64,000 nt of DNA from Pecten maximus (taxonomy: Eukaryota), in contig NC_047030.1 in NCBI RefSeq assembly GCF_902652985.1, positions 1,116,001 to 1,180,000 on the forward strand, given 5' to 3'. Of the stretch, positions 25,401 to 40,400 are shown in pieces (position 1 is the first letter of the stretch; each line of letters opens with the position of its first letter). Made by a program: the position numbers and the translations under genes. The notes under the pieces were generated by a model. It saw only the letters and a program-made list of their open reading frames with translations. It ran no database searches and was not told where the DNA came from.

Positions 25401-28400
25401 TATATTTGCTCCTTGTCATCACTGACATGTGATACTGTTTTATATAAATTATTTTAAATTTATCACATTATCATTTAAACTCTTGTTTGTCTTTTATACA
25501 ATCCCATGTGCAATAAACTAAACTATATTTTTGTAAGATAAATCGATAAGGGTTGCAAAATTGTTAAAAAAAACAAAGTAAAATTTAGGAATACTGATTA
25601 CTTATAGACATTTGTTGAGGTAGACATGTGATTACATACCTGATAAAAAAATATTAACCGAGAAAACACTATAACTTATCTGGTCCCTATGATTTATTTC
25701 GAAAAGAAATAAAACCCCTAAATTTTAATAAGAAGAAATGTTATTTTATACTTTCATTAGCAATGTAGAGAATACTATGACGTTACAATTTAATGTTGTC
25801 ATAGGGGCATATTTCTAATAAAAGTAACCTCGGTTGTGATCCATTCTATGTCGAAACGGAAACAAATTTTAATCTGAAACAACGGTTTATTATTAGGTTG
25901 AACTTAATCGATAATACAAGTTAAACATTGGACAAAAAAAAGAGAGAAAAAAAAACCAAACAAACCCAACGGCGGTGAAAACTTAAGAGATGTATATACG
26001 GTTAAAAACTTAAGAGATGTATATACGGTTAAAAACTTTAGAGATGTATATACGGTTAAAAACTTTAGAGATGTATATACGGTTAAAAACTTTAGAGATG
26101 TATATACGGTTAAAAACTTTAGAGATGTATATACGGTTAAAAACTTTAGAGATGTATATACGGTTAAAAACTTAAGAGATGTATATACGGTTAAAAACTT
26201 TAGAGATGTATATACGGTTAAAAACTTAAGAGATGTATATACGGTTAAAAACTTAAGAGATGTATATACGGTTAAAAACTTTAGAGATGTATATATGGTT
26301 CAAAAACTTAAGAGATGTATATACGGTTAAAAACTTAAGAGATGTATATACGGTTAAAAACTTTAGAGATGTATATATGGTTCAAAAACTTAAGAGATGT
26401 ATATACGGTTAAAAACTTAAGAGATGTATATACGGTTAAAAACTTAAGAGATGTATATACGGTTAAAAACTTAAGAGATGTATATACGGTTAAAAACTTA
26501 AGAGATGTATATATGGTTAAAAACTTAAGAGATGTATATACGGTTAAAAACTTAAGAGATGTATATACGGTTAAAAACTTAAGAGATGTATATACGGTTA
26601 AAAACTTAAGAGATGTATATACGGTTAAAAACTTTAGAGATGTATATATGGTTCAAAAACTTAAGAGATGTATATACGGTTAAAAACTTTAGAGATGTAT
26701 ATATGGTTCAAAAACTTAAGAGATGTATATATGGTTGTAAAGACTTAGAAGGTGTATATACGGCTGTAAAAACCTAAGAAATGTATATATGGTTGATGAA
26801 TGAAATAGGAATACAGTAGAAGGAACACAAAGAAACACAGGGAGCAATAATGACTTGTGATTGAGTTTTCCAGGTTGGATGGGAATTTTCAAAAATCATG
26901 GTATTATTAATTTGATGGATTCCAATCTTTGATACAAGTTATTTTGGAATCTTCCACTCCATTTTATTAACTTTGAATAGCTATAAACATTTCAGCATTT
27001 TTATCATATGTTAAAGATACATCACCAAACAATGGCAAATCAACAATAAGTTTGTACTTAAAGAAGGTTAAATACCTTCTTTGTGATTCACACAGTACAA
27101 CAATTAGTGGTAGTCGTTAGGTATACAGAATTCCTAGTCCATGTGTGCACGACAGCTTTTCCCTTGTTGTTTCCGGCCTTCCTCGCCATGGGTATGTGAT
27201 GATAAATAAGACATCAGATACATAAGTAATTTATATTATATCAAGAATGTATTCATACACCCCTCTCTTCGTTATTCAATAGGTATGTGAAATGTTATTA
27301 CGTAGCCGTTAAAGTACAACGTTTCGTGGAGTTGTATACATTTACAGGAGGAAATTCGGTATTTTGAGATGGTAATGAAATATATCCTTTTATTACCATT
27401 ATATCAATGAAATGATATTAATACATACCAGCGTATGACGTGGAAGGATCTGACCATTTTGCAGAACACTAGAACAATCGTGTGCTGTTGCCAGAATTTA
27501 ATATTTTTTTCTTTTTTTTTCTCTCTTTTCCTTTGAATTATTCTTTGAAAAGCCGAGTGCCGTTCTCTGGACATATTGCAATATCTTTTTTTTTTATAAA
27601 TAACTCTTAAAATAAGGTTGCATTCTCCCTCCCTCATATACAAAATGGAACCGACTAATGTTTTATTTTTTTTTTTAATTTTCTTCCGCTCTCCCTTGAG
27701 GTTTGGACGTTTTCTGTCAGCAACCGAGTGAATGATAGGCAATGGGTTACTACTAATTGTGTAAACAAACTCTACTGTTGTGTCGGCAGGCGTGAGAAGG
27801 CATGGGGTGGAGAGAGGGACAGCCTTTTCATTAAGACGTTATTCGTTAGAATAATTTATCACCGCAAGATTAAATTTGTCGAGACGGGTAGGAGAAATTG
27901 TTACAGTGTCAACCAATCTAGAGACGTTCACAGACCGCCATCGACTTGAGTGGGACCGGGATATGCCTGTGTGTGAATAGGGGAGGATTAGAAACACAAT
28001 AGCCCCCGAATCCCCCTCTTGATAATGTGAATGACATACATGAGATTCGGAGGTGTGAAAAGGTTTGCCGGCGAACAGATAAAGCTCCCTTCTAATTTTA
28101 AAGCTACATGTTTAATGAATATATAAAGGAAGGGGTTAATCCGATCTACGTGATAAGATGGCACAGTTAGTTTAAGGAATTTCAAATGATTCAAATTTAA
28201 GATATCTTCACCTTTACAGTTGACTTTTAATCAAACTGGGCATGATGTTCAATTTCTTTGAAGTTTTTCCATATATGTGTGAAATGCTTTCTCGTTGTAA
28301 GTAAAACATTACTTCTATCAGAGGAATTTGTTTACTTAATTTACTTCGATTGGTTTAAGAGATTTTAGGGGTTTTGGCGGTGTTTAAAGGATTAATATAG

Positions 28401-31400
28401 ATGAGAGTTTGTTACTATCGTGTTAATAAAAATAATCTTTTATTCTCAACGAAATACACCAAGAAGTAAAAGAATTATTGACATCTGGTCCAAGCACCAA
28501 ATTAAGTAGTGTGGCTTCAGATTTAAGAATACATATGGTATAATTTATATTAGATATTAAAAGGACGCAAAGGACATTAGTTTAGATTAAATTGATAAAG
28601 ATGGGGTTTTGAAATCTTTAGATTTGATCTGTTTCAATTGTGTCATTTTCGGTTATAGATCTACGTGTTTTTCGTAAAGTGAATAAAAATCACCTTGATA
28701 ATCTTTATAAAATATTTATTAGCATTATACAGATATTGTCATCCTGTTACGTAAACCACAAATTCGATTCGTCCACCGGAAGTCCATGTCTCATCAGCAA
28801 CCGGAAGTTATGTCTCATCACATGTGTCATGCCGTATTAAATCTGCGAACACACAATATATTGGTCCCTGATTTTATTTGATCTTTTGTTAAATTTATCT
28901 TACCTTTTTTTCTTAATCTCTCAAACATTTCTCATAACACCTGGCATTGGCATAGGGTATAAAGTTTGGTATACGTAAGACAAAATACCATCTACTGCAA
29001 AGCACTGAAATATCGCCAGATTCATATAATATAAATAATTCTAAATATTACTTTTGTTAAAATTTCATGCTTTTATAATTTTTCGATAGCATACTACATT
29101 TTAGTAATCAATTATTCTATTGGCGAATAATTCTGATCTAAATTTAAAGCTAACAATGTTTGAACATTTGGCTTCAGAAAGCGTATAACACTTTACTGTG
29201 GAATTAAACAGTGGAATCTTGATCAAACTCCAGTAACAATATAATCTAAAATACATCGAGAATATCGAGGTAAAGAGAAGATGGTGATAAATGACACTCT
29301 CATGACTTATTCATGGACCAATGAAAGCAACTCAACCTTAATCTCGTGTTAATAGTATGTCTAATTGGTGTATGTCCTCGTTGTCAATGAGAAAGTGCCC
29401 AACATTATTGTAAATAAGGAGATGAGCAGTTTTAAATTGCTAATATAAATAGGAGACGTTCCGTCGATATTACTGATTCCAGCCTGTGTAGAAGTAATCT
29501 TTTTCGTGAATTTTATCTGAGGTTTCTACTGAGATCTTCATATACATACTATTATACTGCTAACTCAAAGGTGATACATTTATCAATAATTTTGATACAA
29601 GTTCTGTTTTATCATTTTCTATATGTCAACGCACGGGAGGCCGTCCTTAAATGACCTTAGCTGTTAATAGGACGTTAAACAAAATAAACCAAACCAAAAT
29701 CACCATTTTAACGCTCTATCAAATGTTCAGCATTTTGGCCAATTATGATTTGGTGATTCCAAAAGGTTGATATTGGAACAATATCCAAAGCTGCAATTGA
29801 TATGGTTCGTGATATAGCAACATATATATACTAATACTTTACATACACTACTGTAATATTGTTTTATATATTAGAATATCTGTTATAGTACCGACCTAAT
29901 TATCTCCCTGCGAATCCAAACTTGACGCTTAGTATGGTTACTGTAACTAATGCAGTAGGTATTTATTAGATTATTAAAACATACAAAATATAAAATGAAG
30001 GTTTTATTTTGTTGTACAGTTGATGAAGAAAGGAATTCTACATCATTACGGAAAAGTGAGATGCGTCAAAATTGAGAATGAATGTCCGTTACCCAACTGT
30101 CCAAATCCAATTCTACTTCCGGGAAAGTGTTGCAAGTCGTGTCCTGGTGAGAGTAAGTACTATTTTATATTACAAAGATACAAGGCCATACGATAATGTG
30201 TTATATTCCATACAAATAACACTTAGTAATTACAATGCGAGGGGTTGGTATTATGATTTAAAACTTAAATTAATCCATTACACGTTTCCTTCATTCCAAT
30301 GTAACATACACCATGATTAGTATAATTTTATGTAACATCTATGTCTGTGATTACTGTATGCACCAGGTTTTTTTTCTATTTTACACATGGAAACTTTAAT
30401 AATGTCCAAAAAATGCTTTTGCTTTAGCTGTTAACACCAGTTTATCGCGGTGTGTGCTGTCAGATAAACACGAGAAAAAAGTATCACAGAGATTGCTGGG
30501 GGATTTATTAGATTTCTATTTTTGTAATCATTTTTCAGAGGCTAGATTTCAGAGAATCTAACAACACCGACTAGCACGAACAGATTGAAATACGATCGAA
30601 CGAATTAGACATTAATCTTCATAGGAGATTCATGGTTATGATTTAAAAAATAATACTAGTATTGAACAATGACGTAATCGTGTAAATCATAAAACGTATC
30701 CTTAAGAAACCATATTCTGGCTGATATCAGTTTTTTTCGGTATGAAATAAAGGTCTGTATTCATGAAACATGTTGTTTTCGTTGTGATGAATTATCGAAT
30801 CAGCTAAAAGGGGGAAGGGGGGTGGGTGGGGGTGGGGGTGAGGGATGTTGAGACAATGGGAGAAGCGATCCAAAATAGTCGTGCTTGGTTATAGGAAGTG
30901 TTATTCTCCATGAATGGTTTGTTCTTGTTTGGTCTGTATGGCATCTCAGAAAATTAAAAAAAATATGTATTTGGGGTGATTTGGACGGAGAAGATATTTT
31001 TATGAGACGGTGACAACTCTTCTACATCAAACATTGTTTACTATATAAAGTGGTTACTATCTTGCTTCGTGAATGCTAATAAACTTTAAAAAATGACTTA
31101 AATTTTGTGATTGGAATGTGTTCTTGAGTTAACGAAAAATGGTTTAGAAGTTATAATTACAGCGATGCTTTCAAATGAAAAATATGGAATTACGCAGTTC
31201 TAAAGGAGAGTTACGAAATGTTTGTGAAACTGATGAAGAATCATGAATTTAGTTAATTGTGGAATGGTGAGAACATGAGCGTGGAATGTCTTGGACACCT
31301 GCACACTGACTCATGGTTAGTTAACGGTGGTTACCAGATGTACATTTTATTACAAACCTCCCTCTATCAGAACCACACCTGCCATGCCGCGTCGTTCGGG

Positions 31401-34400
31401 CGGACATTGCGGTCGCTACTGATTGAATTGTTGACATCGCCTCTACATTTGTGAAATAAATTAAACAGGTTGATAATGACTTAAACTAACGTGGAATCTT
31501 ATATATTCACGTTAAATCTTGTATACTAACGTTGAATCGTGAAAGTGAACGCAACATATTAAAGTCACTCAAGATAGGGTGAAAGTAACATATCAAAGTC
31601 TCTCAAGTTAAAAGCGAAAGTAACATATTAAAAATATAACAACGATGACCAATCTGTAAATATCATTTATAAGTCAAGAAACAAGGATACAACTCACTAA
31701 TACTGACTTCCAAATATATCAAAACTGAAGTAAAAACTTTTAACTAAATCGTTAAAACAACGGCCAAGTATGAATGATAGACAGATAGATTAACACCAAA
31801 AAGATTACATCAACCAAAATCATGTTCGATTGTAGAATTTGGTAAGAGATTGCACAGTCGGTGTTATTGACGATAATATAAACGTACATTTTTTTTTATA
31901 TCACACATTCAAAACTAATTCATAAAAATACTTCGGAACAACACAAAACATAAAATCGACATAACGCGATACTAAGGTTTCGAAACAAGTTGGAATTTGG
32001 GTAAATTTTGATCGTATACGAGGTCAGAGGAATGCAACAATGCCAACTATGTCTAGATATGCGGGGTCAATACAAACACTGACCGCTAGAGAGGGCCTTG
32101 TAAGTGTTTAAGTACACTTTCTCCCCTATCTACCAGACATACACGTCTAACAGCCTTTCTTATCACCTATTCCCGACATCGAAGTCAAATATTGACTGAA
32201 TTTGTAAAATTTTATTAATTGTTTCCATGTTTCAATATTGTGAGGAACTGTTTGCTACCATTTATATGGAACACTTACCTCCTACAGCATTGTCCACCTC
32301 ACAATTATATCGCTATGTCATTGTCAAGTATCGCTAACTTGAGGTTTTCCGTAGTATAACAAAACACGCAAGTGAATGTCGAAATTGCTTTGAATAAATC
32401 CATAATATAAAGAATTGATATTACTCACTATACAATCATAGTAGGCTGATAGAGCTGAATTGGTAGGTAAATAAGGATACCACAAAAACAGAAAATTTGA
32501 AGGCAAAGCTCTCTATGTAATTCCGTAAGAATGTTTTTGCAGATAAATTTCAATTTTCATAAGAGTTTGAACAAAACTAAAGTCACCCCTAACCCTTTAC
32601 TCCTGAATTACGATTCAACGTTATCAATATATACACTGGCTGTCCCAATATCAGAGAGTAAGAGCTGAAAGTATGCTCCTCGCTGGATAACTGCAACATG
32701 GAGTTGCACAGAATTCTAGTTGAAGTGTTAAAACAATTAATCAATTGTTAAGTCGTGAATCAAAAGTGGGTCAACATCCGATCATCCCGAGGAACGACCA
32801 CCCGACTAGGAATGATCATCGAATACGATTGCTGCACTTGCGTATTTGATTTTCATTATAGTTGAAAATCATGATTTTGGCGTCAGGTGTCTGTTCAAGC
32901 TGTCAGCATGTCAGCAACCGGGTAGCGAAGTGTTCCTTCATCGAGCTAATTTTGATACAATGGCAACGTAGCAACCATCCTCACTGGACCAAAATTCATC
33001 GTCGTTTCGCCTTCCGGCAGTGTATTGATGTTCTGTTTAAAAATACAAATGAGTTCTGGTTTCACTTACAACATGGTATCGGAAGTGTCAAAATGGAGGT
33101 TGTAGTGTTGTGTACGTTGGCTGATTTGTGCCATTTCGTTATTTAGAATCCTTAATTTTCGAATTTTTGCCCCGAAAAGACAAAAATTGAAAACCTTAAT
33201 TTTCGTCTTTTAAGGGCGAAAAGATGAAAATAAAACTTACTAATGTTCGTGCAGAACGTGGTCGGATTGGTTGGGAAACTGTATTGTTGTTGTGTGATAT
33301 TAACGGTGTGAGGCGTGCAAGACTTATTGTGATCAATAAAAACTGCTATGCGATGTCGTTAATACATCGCTAATTATCTAAGACACTTTTCAACTATTGG
33401 AATACTTTACAGTGTTAACGTCTTTCTTACATAGGTATGTTTAGATGCTTTGAGTATCTTAAATACCATACATTTCTTAAACGTTTTCACACTCTGCAAC
33501 ATGTAGATCTCGAATTTTCGCGAATTATTGTTTTACGGGGACCTTTCAAGATACAAATATCCGAAGATGATTTGTATTCGAAAAATGCAACATTGGAATA
33601 GGAATAATTATTTCCTCGCGTATTTTTTTTTTTTTTTTTTAAATTTTCAATCGTTTTTGGTTGTTATAATTAATTCAAATATAATGCTCTCCTGCAAAAT
33701 ATAGTGTTTAAAATGTAAATAATAATAATTCATTCAGACCTTAAAATACTTATTAGATACATATATATGCAGTATAGCTCATATGAGCCGTTCGTTCGTA
33801 CACGCCTCCGTCTTTTAAATCGCCCTTGTTTGCCTCGATGGCTGTAGAAATAGCGAGTAATTGTTTAATGAGCAAACAGAAGGAAGTATTCGCTATGGTC
33901 GCTCACACCTCGGCATGGGGGTAGCACTTAGCACGGAGTAGGTTTCTTGACAAACACTTAACGCCAGGTTTATTTGTTACGAAAGTAATAGATACATTTA
34001 CTTCTATGACTCAAAATATACTGGCTTTTGTGGTCAAGTAGATATTTGACCGGGGTCAAGAGCGGAATAAATGTCTCAAATACTGCACATGAAAATGTTT
34101 GAAGATTTTTAAGCACAGTTGTATAGTGCCTATTTAAACAGCTATGGAAACTCAGAGTAAGAACCCGTGGTGGTGATGACGATATTTTACACACCTGGAA
34201 GTCATTCTATCAGCTAGATTAGCTAGCTCCGACGCAAGAATATCTGAGGAAGTTCTTCCGATATATATGAAAAATTATTTTCCATTCAAGGATGTATACT
34301 ACATAGTTCGGTTGTGTCAAGTTTTATAGAAAGTCGTAACGGGTTAAAATTACGTAAATGGTGTTAATGAATAATAATGTCGATTCCATTGATAATGGCG

Positions 34401-37400
34401 CATTTGTGAAGTAGATATATGTCCCCTGCAATACTTATCAGGTCATTCTTTATTATTTTTATTAAACAAATCCAACAATGTCAATGCATTTCATTGTCTT
34501 GACGTAATATTTATACTTACACTGATAAAATGTCTCTCCAGCAAAATATAGTGTTTAGAATGTAAATAATAATAATTCATTCAGACCTGAAAATACTTAT
34601 TAGATACATATATATGCAGTATAGCTCATATGAGCCGTTCGTTCGTACACGCCTCCGTCTTTTAAATCGCCCTTGTTTGCCTCAACGGCTGTAGAAATAG
34701 CGAGTAATTGTTTAATGAGCAAACAGAAGGAAGTATTCGCTTTGGTCGCTCACACCTCGGCATGGGGGTAGCACTTAGCACGGAGTAGGTTTCTTGACAA
34801 ACACTTAACACCAGGTTTATTTGTTACGAAAGTAATAGATACATTTACTTCTATGACTCAAAACATACTGGCTTTTGTGGTCAAGTAGATATTTGACCGG
34901 GGTCAAGAGCGGAATAAATGTCTCAAATACTGCACATGAAAATGTTTGAAGATTTTTAAGCACAGTTGTATAGTGCCTATTTAAACAGCTATGGAAACTC
35001 AGAGTAAGAATCCGTGGTGGTGATAACGATATTTTACACACCTGAAAGTCATTCTATCAGCTAGATTAGCTAGCTCCGACGCAAGAATATCTGAGGAAGT
35101 TCTTCCTATATATATGAAAAATTATTTTCCATTCAAGGATGTATACTACATAGTTCGGTTGTGTCATATTTTATAGAAAGTCGTAACGGGTTAAAATTAC
35201 GTAAATGGTGTTAATGAATAATAATGTCGATTCCATTGATAATGGCGCATTTGTGAAGTAGATATATGTCCCCTGCAATACTTATCAGGTCATTCTTTAT
35301 TATTTTTATTAAACAAATCCAACAATGTCAATGCATTTCATTGTCTTGACGTAATATTTATACTTACACTGATAAAATGTTATCTCCAACACAGACCAAC
35401 ACACATACGCTCTCACCACACGCATGCATGTCGCACGCACGGGAGGCCGTCCTTAAATAACCTTAGCTGTTAATAGGACGTTAAACAAAATAAACCAAAC
35501 AAACCAACACAGACCATCGGTATGAGTTGTATATGGTAGCATATAACACTAACTATCAATCACAAGTCAAAGGTGTAAGGTGCAAGGTGTAAGGTAGGAT
35601 ATACCCTTAACGCTAACATAAATCACATGTATGATGTGTAAGGTAGCATATACCCTTAACCTAACATAAATCACATGTATGATGTGTAAGGTAGCATACG
35701 TCCTTAACGCTAACACAAATCACATGTATGTGTAAGGTAGCATATAACCTTAACGCTAACACAAATCACGTGTATGATGTGTAAGGTAGCATATGTCCTT
35801 AACGCTAACACAAATCACAGGTATAATGTGTAAGGTAGTATATAACCTTAACGCTAACACAAATCACAGGTATAATGTGTAAGGTAGTATATAACCTTAA
35901 CGCTAACACAAATCACAGGTATAATGTGTAAGGTAGCATATAACCTTAACGCTAACACAAATCACATGTATGTGTAAGGTAGCATATACCCTTAACGCTA
36001 ACGCAAATCACGTGTATGATGTGTAAGGTAGCATACGTCCTTAACGCTAACACAAATCACATGTATGATGTGTACGGTAGCATATAACCTTAACTCTAAC
36101 ACAAATCACAGGTATGATACGTAAGGTAGCATATACCCTTAACGCTAACACAAATCACGTGTATAATGTGTAAGGTAGCATACAACCTTAACGCTAACAC
36201 AAATCACGTGTATGATGTGTAAGGTAGCATATAACCTTAACGCTAACACAAATCACATGTATTATGTGTAAGGTAGCATATAACCTTAACTCTAACACAA
36301 ATCACAGGTATGTTATGTAAGGTAGCATAAAACCTTAACGCTAACACAAATCACAGGTATGTTATGTACGGTAGCATATACCCTTAACTCTAACACAAAT
36401 CACAGGTATGTTATGCACGGTAGCATAAAACCTTAACGCTAACACAAATCACGTGTATAATGTTTAAGGTAGCATATATGTCCTTAACGCTAACACAAAT
36501 CACGTGTATAATGTGTAAGGTAGCATATACCCTTAACGCTAACACAAATCACGTGTATGATGTGTGAGGTAGCATACAACCTTAACGCTAACACAAATCA
36601 CATGTATGATGTGTGAGGTAGAATATACCCTTAACGCTAACACAAATCACGTGTATGATGTGTAAGGTAGCATATAACCTTAACGCTAACACAAATCACG
36701 TGTATGTTGTGTAAGGTAGCATATGTCCTTAACGCTAACACAAATCAGATGTATGATGTGTAAGGTAGAATATTGTTTTGACTCTAGGTAACACACATTT
36801 ATATCCTTAATCCTTAAACAAACCATAGGCAGATCAACAGGTTAAAGAATGTCAAAGGTAGCAGAAAACCAGTAATCTAAAATAATTTACTTAAAATATC
36901 CTATTTCTGAATAAGTATAGCCATCTAGATTTGTGAACAAGAGAAATAAACATTTACCGGATATTTGGTTATTTCCAAAAAAGTGTATACAATATAAAAT
37001 ATCGTATTTCTTTATCAAATATAAACCTGCATATTAACAATACACCCTTCAGTTGTTTTTACATATAATGATCATACTATAGAATACGTTATGTCGTTTA
37101 CACACCTTTCAGTCAGTTTCATTTATTTTCTCTCTAGACTCTCTGTTGAGTTCGTCTTCTTGCTGAAGGAGTAAAAGGAAGACTAAGTAGTGGTTAATGA
37201 CAGCCATTTACGATGTGAACGTGTAACGTTTTGATAAAGTAGTGGCTAATGACACCCATTTACGATGTGAACATGTAACGTTTTGATAAAGCAGTGGCTA
37301 ATGACACCCATTTACGATGTGAACGTGTAACGTTTTGATAAAGTAGTGGCTAATGACACCCATTTACGATGTGAACATGTAACGTTTTGATAAAGTAGTG

Positions 37401-40400
37401 GTTAATGACACCCATTTACGATGTGAACGTGTAACGTTTTGATAAAGTAGTGGCTAATGACACCCATTTACGATGTGAACGTGTAACGTTTTGATAAAGT
37501 AGTGGTTAATGACACCCATTTACGATGTGAACGTGTAACGTTTTGATAAAGTAGTGGCTAATGACACCCATTTACGATGTGAACGTGTAACGGTTTGATA
37601 AAGTAGTGGCTAATGACACCCATTTACGATGTGAACGTGTAACGTTTTGATAAAGCAGTGGTTAATGACACCCATTTACGATGTGAACGTGTAACGTTTT
37701 GATAAAGCAGTGGTTAATGACACCCATTTACGATGTGAACGTGTAACGTTTTGATAAAGCAGTGGTTAATGACACCCATTTACGATGTGAACGTGTAACG
37801 TTTTGATAAAGCAGTGGTTAATGACACCCATTTACGATGTGAACGTGTAACGTTTTGATAAAGTAGTGGCTAATGACACCCATTTACGATGTGAACGTGT
37901 AACGTTTTGATAAAGCAGTGGTTAATGACCCCCATTTACGATGTGAACGTGTAACGTTTTGATAAAGCAGTGGTTAATGACACCCATTTACGATGTGAAC
38001 GTGTAACGTTTTGATAAAGTAGTGGCTAATGACACCCATTTACGATGTGAACGTGTAACGTTTTGATAAAGCAGTCCTCTATTTCACCTCTTGGTGTCCA
38101 TACACCCAACTCTAGACAACACAATACCCCAATATTTAAAGAACATGTCGACGAAAAGAGTATTAAATTGTTTTACATGGAAAGCAGCAGTTTTGTACAT
38201 TTCTTTCTCTCACAGGTGAACAAGTTCATTCATCTTAAGTTAATCGCTCAATTTAACCCAATTGACTGTTCAAACATTCTTATATTATCTTATTTTCAAT
38301 GCACATAATGGAGAGTTTGGCAGTAATCGCATGCTTTATATCAAACTTCAAATGTACCTGTCTATACTAAATTTCGGCACATGTCTCAGAATAAACTCCA
38401 GTATACGATATGATTGACAAGGCATTGGATTTCTTCACTCTTCTACAACACATGCTTATTAACATTTAATTTTTGATCAAATAGTTCAGATCGGGATAAG
38501 TATTTATTATGCCAGATATCTGTTGATTACTATTTTAAATCCTGTCAAATACAGATTAAAGCTCAAAAATCGCAATTAGAGAAATGCTTGGGTGTGTCGT
38601 TCTATTACTAGTAAGATATGACATTTAACCTTCACGAGATGAATGATTTGTCGAGAATTCGTATAGTAAGGAATAGAATTTAAGAGATAACAATGACAAA
38701 TATTTGAAATCGTATATCTATCGATATATGAATTTTGTATATCTATCGATACATGACTTTTATTGTATTATTTTTTGAATAACCAATTTTCATATATTTA
38801 CATAAAATTATTTTTTTCTTTACTTGATGATACGTCCTTAAATAAAATAATATCGTATACTCCAACAGGTGGTGTTATGTTAGATAATATAAAAACTACA
38901 TGATTAGTTTCCATCGTTATATTCATTGCTTACACGTTATATGTGTGAGGTTGATACCTCGATTTGTCAACCCAGCTAAAGGCGATATTAACCTATATAT
39001 AGGCGTGCTGATTTAAGGATTAGTATCACCTTAACGATTATAAAAAGACACATGTAAAATATACCATTTTTGATAGATTTGATGAGTCAAAGATTTAATT
39101 TAAATAACGCATGTTTACCGAGTTAATATACTTTTATAATACATTTAATGTACCAAATTTTTGTGATGTGTTTATTGTCGGGTGAAATGCTTATTTGAAG
39201 ATCCCTAACTGATACATAGATCAAAAAGAAAAAAAATATCCAGGCATAGTTTAACGAAAAAGGTATTAATATTTATTCCTCATACTAATTGAAATCTCAG
39301 TAAATTCTTTTTTTTTTCAAATCGCCAAAATTAGCCTAGGTACCATTAATATTGACAAAAGGGGCAGGACCCGTAGCTAGACGTTTTGCAGATCATCTCC
39401 TCTATTCTTGTCTGGCTCTGTATAATTTTGGCACAAGTCTCTCCCCCCGTATTCAATGTGTCATCACATGTTAGACCTCCTTCTACTAATTAGTGCTAAT
39501 TACAATGATCAGTTTACAATAACTGTAAACAAAATAGATAGCATAACTGACGTTATGTAAACGTTTCTTCTCTCCAGTCTCAACAAACATTGTTTTGGCA
39601 GTTTGTGTTGACAAGCTAAGGCGAACCGTAAACATGATGGGGTTTATTTGTTTAGATCTTATATTTCAACCTTTGGTTCCGTGGTTCATCACCATCGCAT
39701 TGTACACCCAAGGTGAACAAGGTAAAAAGTCTAAACTCGTTATCAACAAGATTTACAATATCCTGATTACAATACGGCCTGGTAAGATGAACATCATATA
39801 GACAAAATTCTTATGCTTAAATTGTACGTAGGCGAAATGATAGTTTATGAGAAACTAATATCTATTAAGAAGAAATGTATTCATGTGTATTATTTTATTT
39901 CGCCTAAACTCAGATTTCGCGTGTTTTATCAATAATAATGTTATAAAAGATTTGATATTCCTGAAAGATATGTATTAACAATATCCTTGATAATTAAGGC
40001 AATATACAATCTGTTGAAAACCAAGCAATGGAAATGTGTCGTGTCGTGTTACACACTAAATAAATAATACTTACTTAATGTTTGTCATTTTCCTAACTTC
40101 CGTTTTAGAAGCCCTCATTTTTGGCCCCTATAGCATCATAGACGAGTACTAGAAGGATGAAAGCTGTTTAAGACAGTTTGCTATTCAATATTCGTAATGT
40201 ATCTATTACTAAATAGTTATTTAAATGTTCACACTTTCTTCAATCACCAATAATAATTGTACTATATATTTTCATCATTATCAAATAATGAATGTATCTT
40301 TAATGGTTTACAATCAGTCGATCTCAAAATCTGGAGCAGGCCCTGACGTGCCGAAAACATTAACACTACTAACTTCCAACGACATCATAGAATCACCCTG

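Noticed and set aside
33970-35041. Two near-identical 74-aa ORFs
   Set aside because: Result of the 847-bp duplication; no recognisable domain or splice support.
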